DNA of 63,666 nucleotides, the filler included, from Octopus bimaculoides (Eukaryota): NCBI RefSeq assembly GCF_001194135.2. It is 6 parts of 6 records of this genome, joined end to end, with 100 filler letters (N's around TTAATTAATTAA, not from the genome) between each part and the next. Parts side by side here need not be neighbours in the genome. Positions count along the whole stretch, not along the records: positions 60,020 to 62,102 come from NW_026367379.1; positions 62,203 to 63,666 come from NC_069004.1; 4 more parts are not named here. The stretch is one strand, 5' to 3'. A model generated the notes under the pieces. The model made no database searches. It had not been told where the DNA came from and saw nothing but the letters and a program-made list of their open reading frames with translations. Position numbers and translations under genes: made by a program. Each line of letters opens with the position of its first letter. Positions within the stretch are counted from its first letter, which is position 1. Below are positions 60,594 through 63,666 of this stretch, piece by piece.

Positions 60594-61485
60594 GCTACTA
60601 CTACTACTACTACTACTACGGCTCTCCGTCGGTTACGACGACAAGGGTTCCAGTTGATCCNNNNNNNNNNNNNNNNNNNNNNNNNNNNNNNNNNNNNNNN
60701 NNNNNNNNNNNNNNNNNNNNNNNNNNNNNNNNNNNNNNNNNNNNNNNNNNNNNNNNNNNNNNNNNNNNNNNNNNNNNNNNNNNNNNNNNNNNNNNNNNNN
60801 NNNNNNNNNNNNNNNNNNNNNNNNNNNNNNNNNNNNNNNNNNNNNNNNNNNNNNNNNNNNNNNNNNNNNNNNNNNNNNNNNNNNNNNNNNNNNNNNNNNN
60901 NNNNNNNNNNNNNNNNNNNNNNNNNNNNNNNNNNNNNNNNNNNNNNNNNNNNNNNNNNNNNNNNNNNNNNNNNNNNNNNNNNNNNNNNNNNNNNNNNNNN
61001 NNNNNNNNNNNNNNNNNNNNNNNNNNNNNNNNNNNNNNNNNNNNNNNNNNNNNNNNNNNNNNNNNNNNNNNNNNNNNNNNNNNNNNNNNNNNNNNNNNNN
61101 NNNNNNNNNNNNNNNNNNNNNNNNNNNNNNNNNNNNNNNNNNNNNNNNNNNNNNNNNNNNNNNNNNNNNNNNNNNNNNNNNACGTCAGTGATTGGTTGAA
61201 ATTACAGAAATACGATAACTTTAACATGGAATAACTTAGGGATTTCTTTCTTTTTAAAGAAGACTAAGAGAAAAAGATGTTTTATATGACACATTCTACC
61301 AGTGTTCCAAGTTTCAAAGTGTTTCGTTAATGAAAAATGTGGCCCCCGTTTTAAAAAAGATCCGAACAGCCTGCTCATGAAATCAACGTGCAAGTGATTG
61401 AGCCCTCCACAGACACGTGTACCCTTAACGTAGTTCTCGGGGAGTTCAGCATGACACAGTGTGTGACAAGGCTGGCCCCTTTGAA
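60553..61485 (-). mobile_element. SINE family C 3' part with (GTA)n tail, interrupted by a gap and foreign sequence (60661-61357)
   Basis: 60620-60660 and 61358-61485 are the reverse complement of 29145-29278 and 28905-28925; the (TAC)n block abuts the 3' end. Confidence 0.75.
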
Positions 61486-61489
61486 ATAT

Positions 61490-61920
61490 TTTAACATGCG
61501 AGATGCTTTGCCCCATGCAGAAACTGCGGGGGCTTCTCAGGTGTACTGTAGGCCATTCTGTTCATTCAACCGGTATCCTAGGTTCACAAGCGTTTCGCCC
61601 ACTTACGCAAGCTTAACTGCTCGACTTACGCTGTTGGAGAGTTGCGGTTCGTATCATTAGATTCGTATTTGTGACGAGTGAATGTTGTATGTTTAATTGT
61701 CGTCTTGAATTCCGATACGAGTATTGCTTTCATAAACGATCACCTATATCTGTGGAGGAATTTTCTATGAATGTTTTATCTGTTTGTATATTTTTATCTG
61801 GCTTTGTTTTACGATTTGTGGTGTGTAGTGAGTTTCAATTGCTCCTTGTAAATGCATAGTAAACCTGCAAGTGAGTGTTGTACTTGTCTGGTCAATGTAA
61901 CAGTTAAAATGCGTAGAATA
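61490..61920 (-). mobile_element. Degenerate Penelope-like GIY-YIG C-terminal fragment
   Basis: CYIDQTSTTLTCRFTMHLQGAIETH (61842-61903) and FMKAILVSEFKTTIK (61692-61739) resemble the YIGQT..TL..R..MH and EA.LI....P.IN motifs. Confidence 0.55.
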
Positions 61921-63084
61921 GAAACCAGCATCACTCCACATCCCGAAGATGAACCTGAGATAGTCGGGAAACGTTGCTGAAGTTGAATTCCAAACGAGTC
62001 AGATGCGCAGATACGATAGATAAAGCTCTAAAATGAACATTGTTGTGTATTTCATAAAACGTGTCAACAAAGAAAGCCGTTTCACACACACACACACACA
62101 CANNNNNNNNNNNNNNNNNNNNNNNNNNNNNNNNNNNNNNNNNNNNTTAATTAATTAANNNNNNNNNNNNNNNNNNNNNNNNNNNNNNNNNNNNNNNNNN
62201 NNACAAATTTTATTCAACAAAAACAATAACAACATGTAACAAAAATATCTTTAAATGATTATTCCGGAGCATATTCACCATCTACTTCAATTACTGCTTT
62301 CCATTTGCTTGGCAGACCGTTATTTAACGATGTTTTTGTTAAATATTGTTATTGTCTTTGTTGAATAACATTTGTTGGAAAAAAAAAAAAAAGCCGCAAT
62401 AATTATGCACCAACCCAATATCATTCCTTGAACACTCGGGTTTTTTTTTTTCTTTTTTTTACATTTGAGATTTGGCACATAAAAGTTCCTGCGCGCTCTC
62501 TCTCTCTCTCTCAAGTTCAATCTTTGCTTCCTTTAATGCCAACTTTAGTATCAATGTGTCTATGTGTGTGTGTATTTGTGCGCGCGCGCATGTGAGTGTA
62601 CGTGTGTGTAAACCAGGTTGTGTCAGCTTAGGGCTGTGGGCAAGTACACACTTGGTCCATTGTTAGGCCAAGCTTGAGTAGCAAGTGGCGGTGGTGGTGT
62701 ATTCATTACCGGGAGTTGGGGAGAGGCTAGGGGCAGTGAAGGGGGTGATTAGCAGTTGATAAATTCCAACAACAACAACAAGACCAATGTTTCGTTGTCT
62801 GGATGTCGTCACGCCCACATTTAATAGATAGGGAGGAGACAGACGAACGCACACACACGGACAGACATATATACGGGCACCTTGGACCGGCGTATAGACA
62901 CACAGACAGATAGATAAGATAGGACAGAGAGTGCGTGTTTAAAAAAAAAAGACTAGACATTCTATGCATACTCCCACTTGCGTTTGTGTGTGTATATGTA
63001 GTTCAACATACAAATACATATACACACACATACATGTGTGTATATCTAAACATTACCTTATGCATGCAAACACACACATATAGA

Positions 63085-63121
<37 letters not shown>

Positions 63122-63123
<2 letters not shown>

Positions 63124-63272
63124 CACATAAATGCAAAACAAGGTGGAAAAAATAGTACTCGAATACCGAAGGTAGGGTAATATGCTTTATTAATTAAGCT
63201 GCAAAAACATCACAAAAACTGTTACTCAGTTTCACGTTCCCGTTCATCGGGCGGGTTTTGCAGCTTTAATAA
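63122..63272 (-). mobile_element. Penelope-like tail with hammerhead core (CCGAUGA-ACG-GGAA-CGU-GAAAC-UGA-GUA) and inverted 5' segment
   Basis: Homolog of 44347-44480; inverted repeat ttattaattaagctgcaaaaac / gttttgcagctttaataa brackets the core. Confidence 0.7.
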
Positions 63273-63289
63273 CAAAACAAAAAAAGTAT

Positions 63290-63348
63290 TCTTTTGCTTG
63301 TTTCAGTCATTTGACTGTTGCCATGCTGGAGCACCACCTTTAGTCGAA
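63290..63348 (-). mobile_element. SINE family A 3' end
   Basis: ttgtttcagtcatttgactgttgccatgctggagcaccacctttagtcga. Confidence 0.85.
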
Positions 63349-63554
63349 CATGCTTTTGTGTTAGTAAATATGTTTTCCTTACTCACAAGCGCGCGCGCGC
63401 GGATTAGATGCGGAGTGAGGGTTAAAAATTTAGATTACAATTTTTTTTTGTTGTTGTTGCTCAGATTCCATCTACATCATCATTCCATATATTAAGTTTA
63501 TGTAGAGAAAATTATTGAAAAAAATCAATACATGTCGGAGTGACAAAGAAACGA

Positions 63555-63620
63555 GAGAAGTACCAAGTGGTCGTGGGATGTGCTGGAAACAACAGTTAAA
63601 TCTCCTTTAAATCACACACC
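63555..63620 (-). repeat. Family E repeat 3' module
   Basis: Near reverse complement of 50045-50115; also matches 50905-50948. Confidence 0.65.
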
Positions 63621-63666
63621 TTTTATTATTTTGAAGTGGGGCGGTGTTAATGAAAAAAATTAAATA

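Overview
Repeat-rich, AT-rich animal genomic DNA, almost certainly a cephalopod of the genus Octopus (inferred from the SINE, RTE and microsatellite repertoire). It is a draft assembly with many N gaps and five artificial 44N-TTAATTAATTAA-44N scaffold joins. Nearly all ORFs in the supplied track are microsatellite or N-gap artefacts. The only convincing host coding sequence is a 60-nt phase-2/phase-2 exon on the + strand (6630-6689, RRKSRSSSRSRSTSPVKHR) from an RS-domain (SR-type) splicing factor gene. About 1 kb upstream lies a C-rich, non-repetitive segment with a strong acceptor and stops in all frames (from 5610), a candidate autoregulatory poison exon. By eye, bases 1 to about 27,000 are CpG-depleted and T/G-skewed on the + strand, consistent with a methylated gene body; the sequence after the first scaffold join retains CpG. 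The rest is transposon debris: three or four tRNA-derived SINE families, RTE LINE 3' ends, Penelope-like GIY-YIG fragments, an R4/Dong 3' end inside (AAT)n, mariner/Tc1, hAT and piggyBac-type elements and MITEs. The most interesting non-coding signals are (i) minimal type I hammerhead ribozyme motifs in Penelope-like tails, which repeatedly have a CCGANGA (U4C) core, best formed at 44347-44400; (ii) a fold-back mariner with two 5' ends; (iii) inverted 21-bp minisatellite arrays; (iv) microsatellite-embedded elements. No CRISPR, rRNA or true tRNA genes were seen. Repeat boundaries are approximate and family names come from memory, not from a database search.
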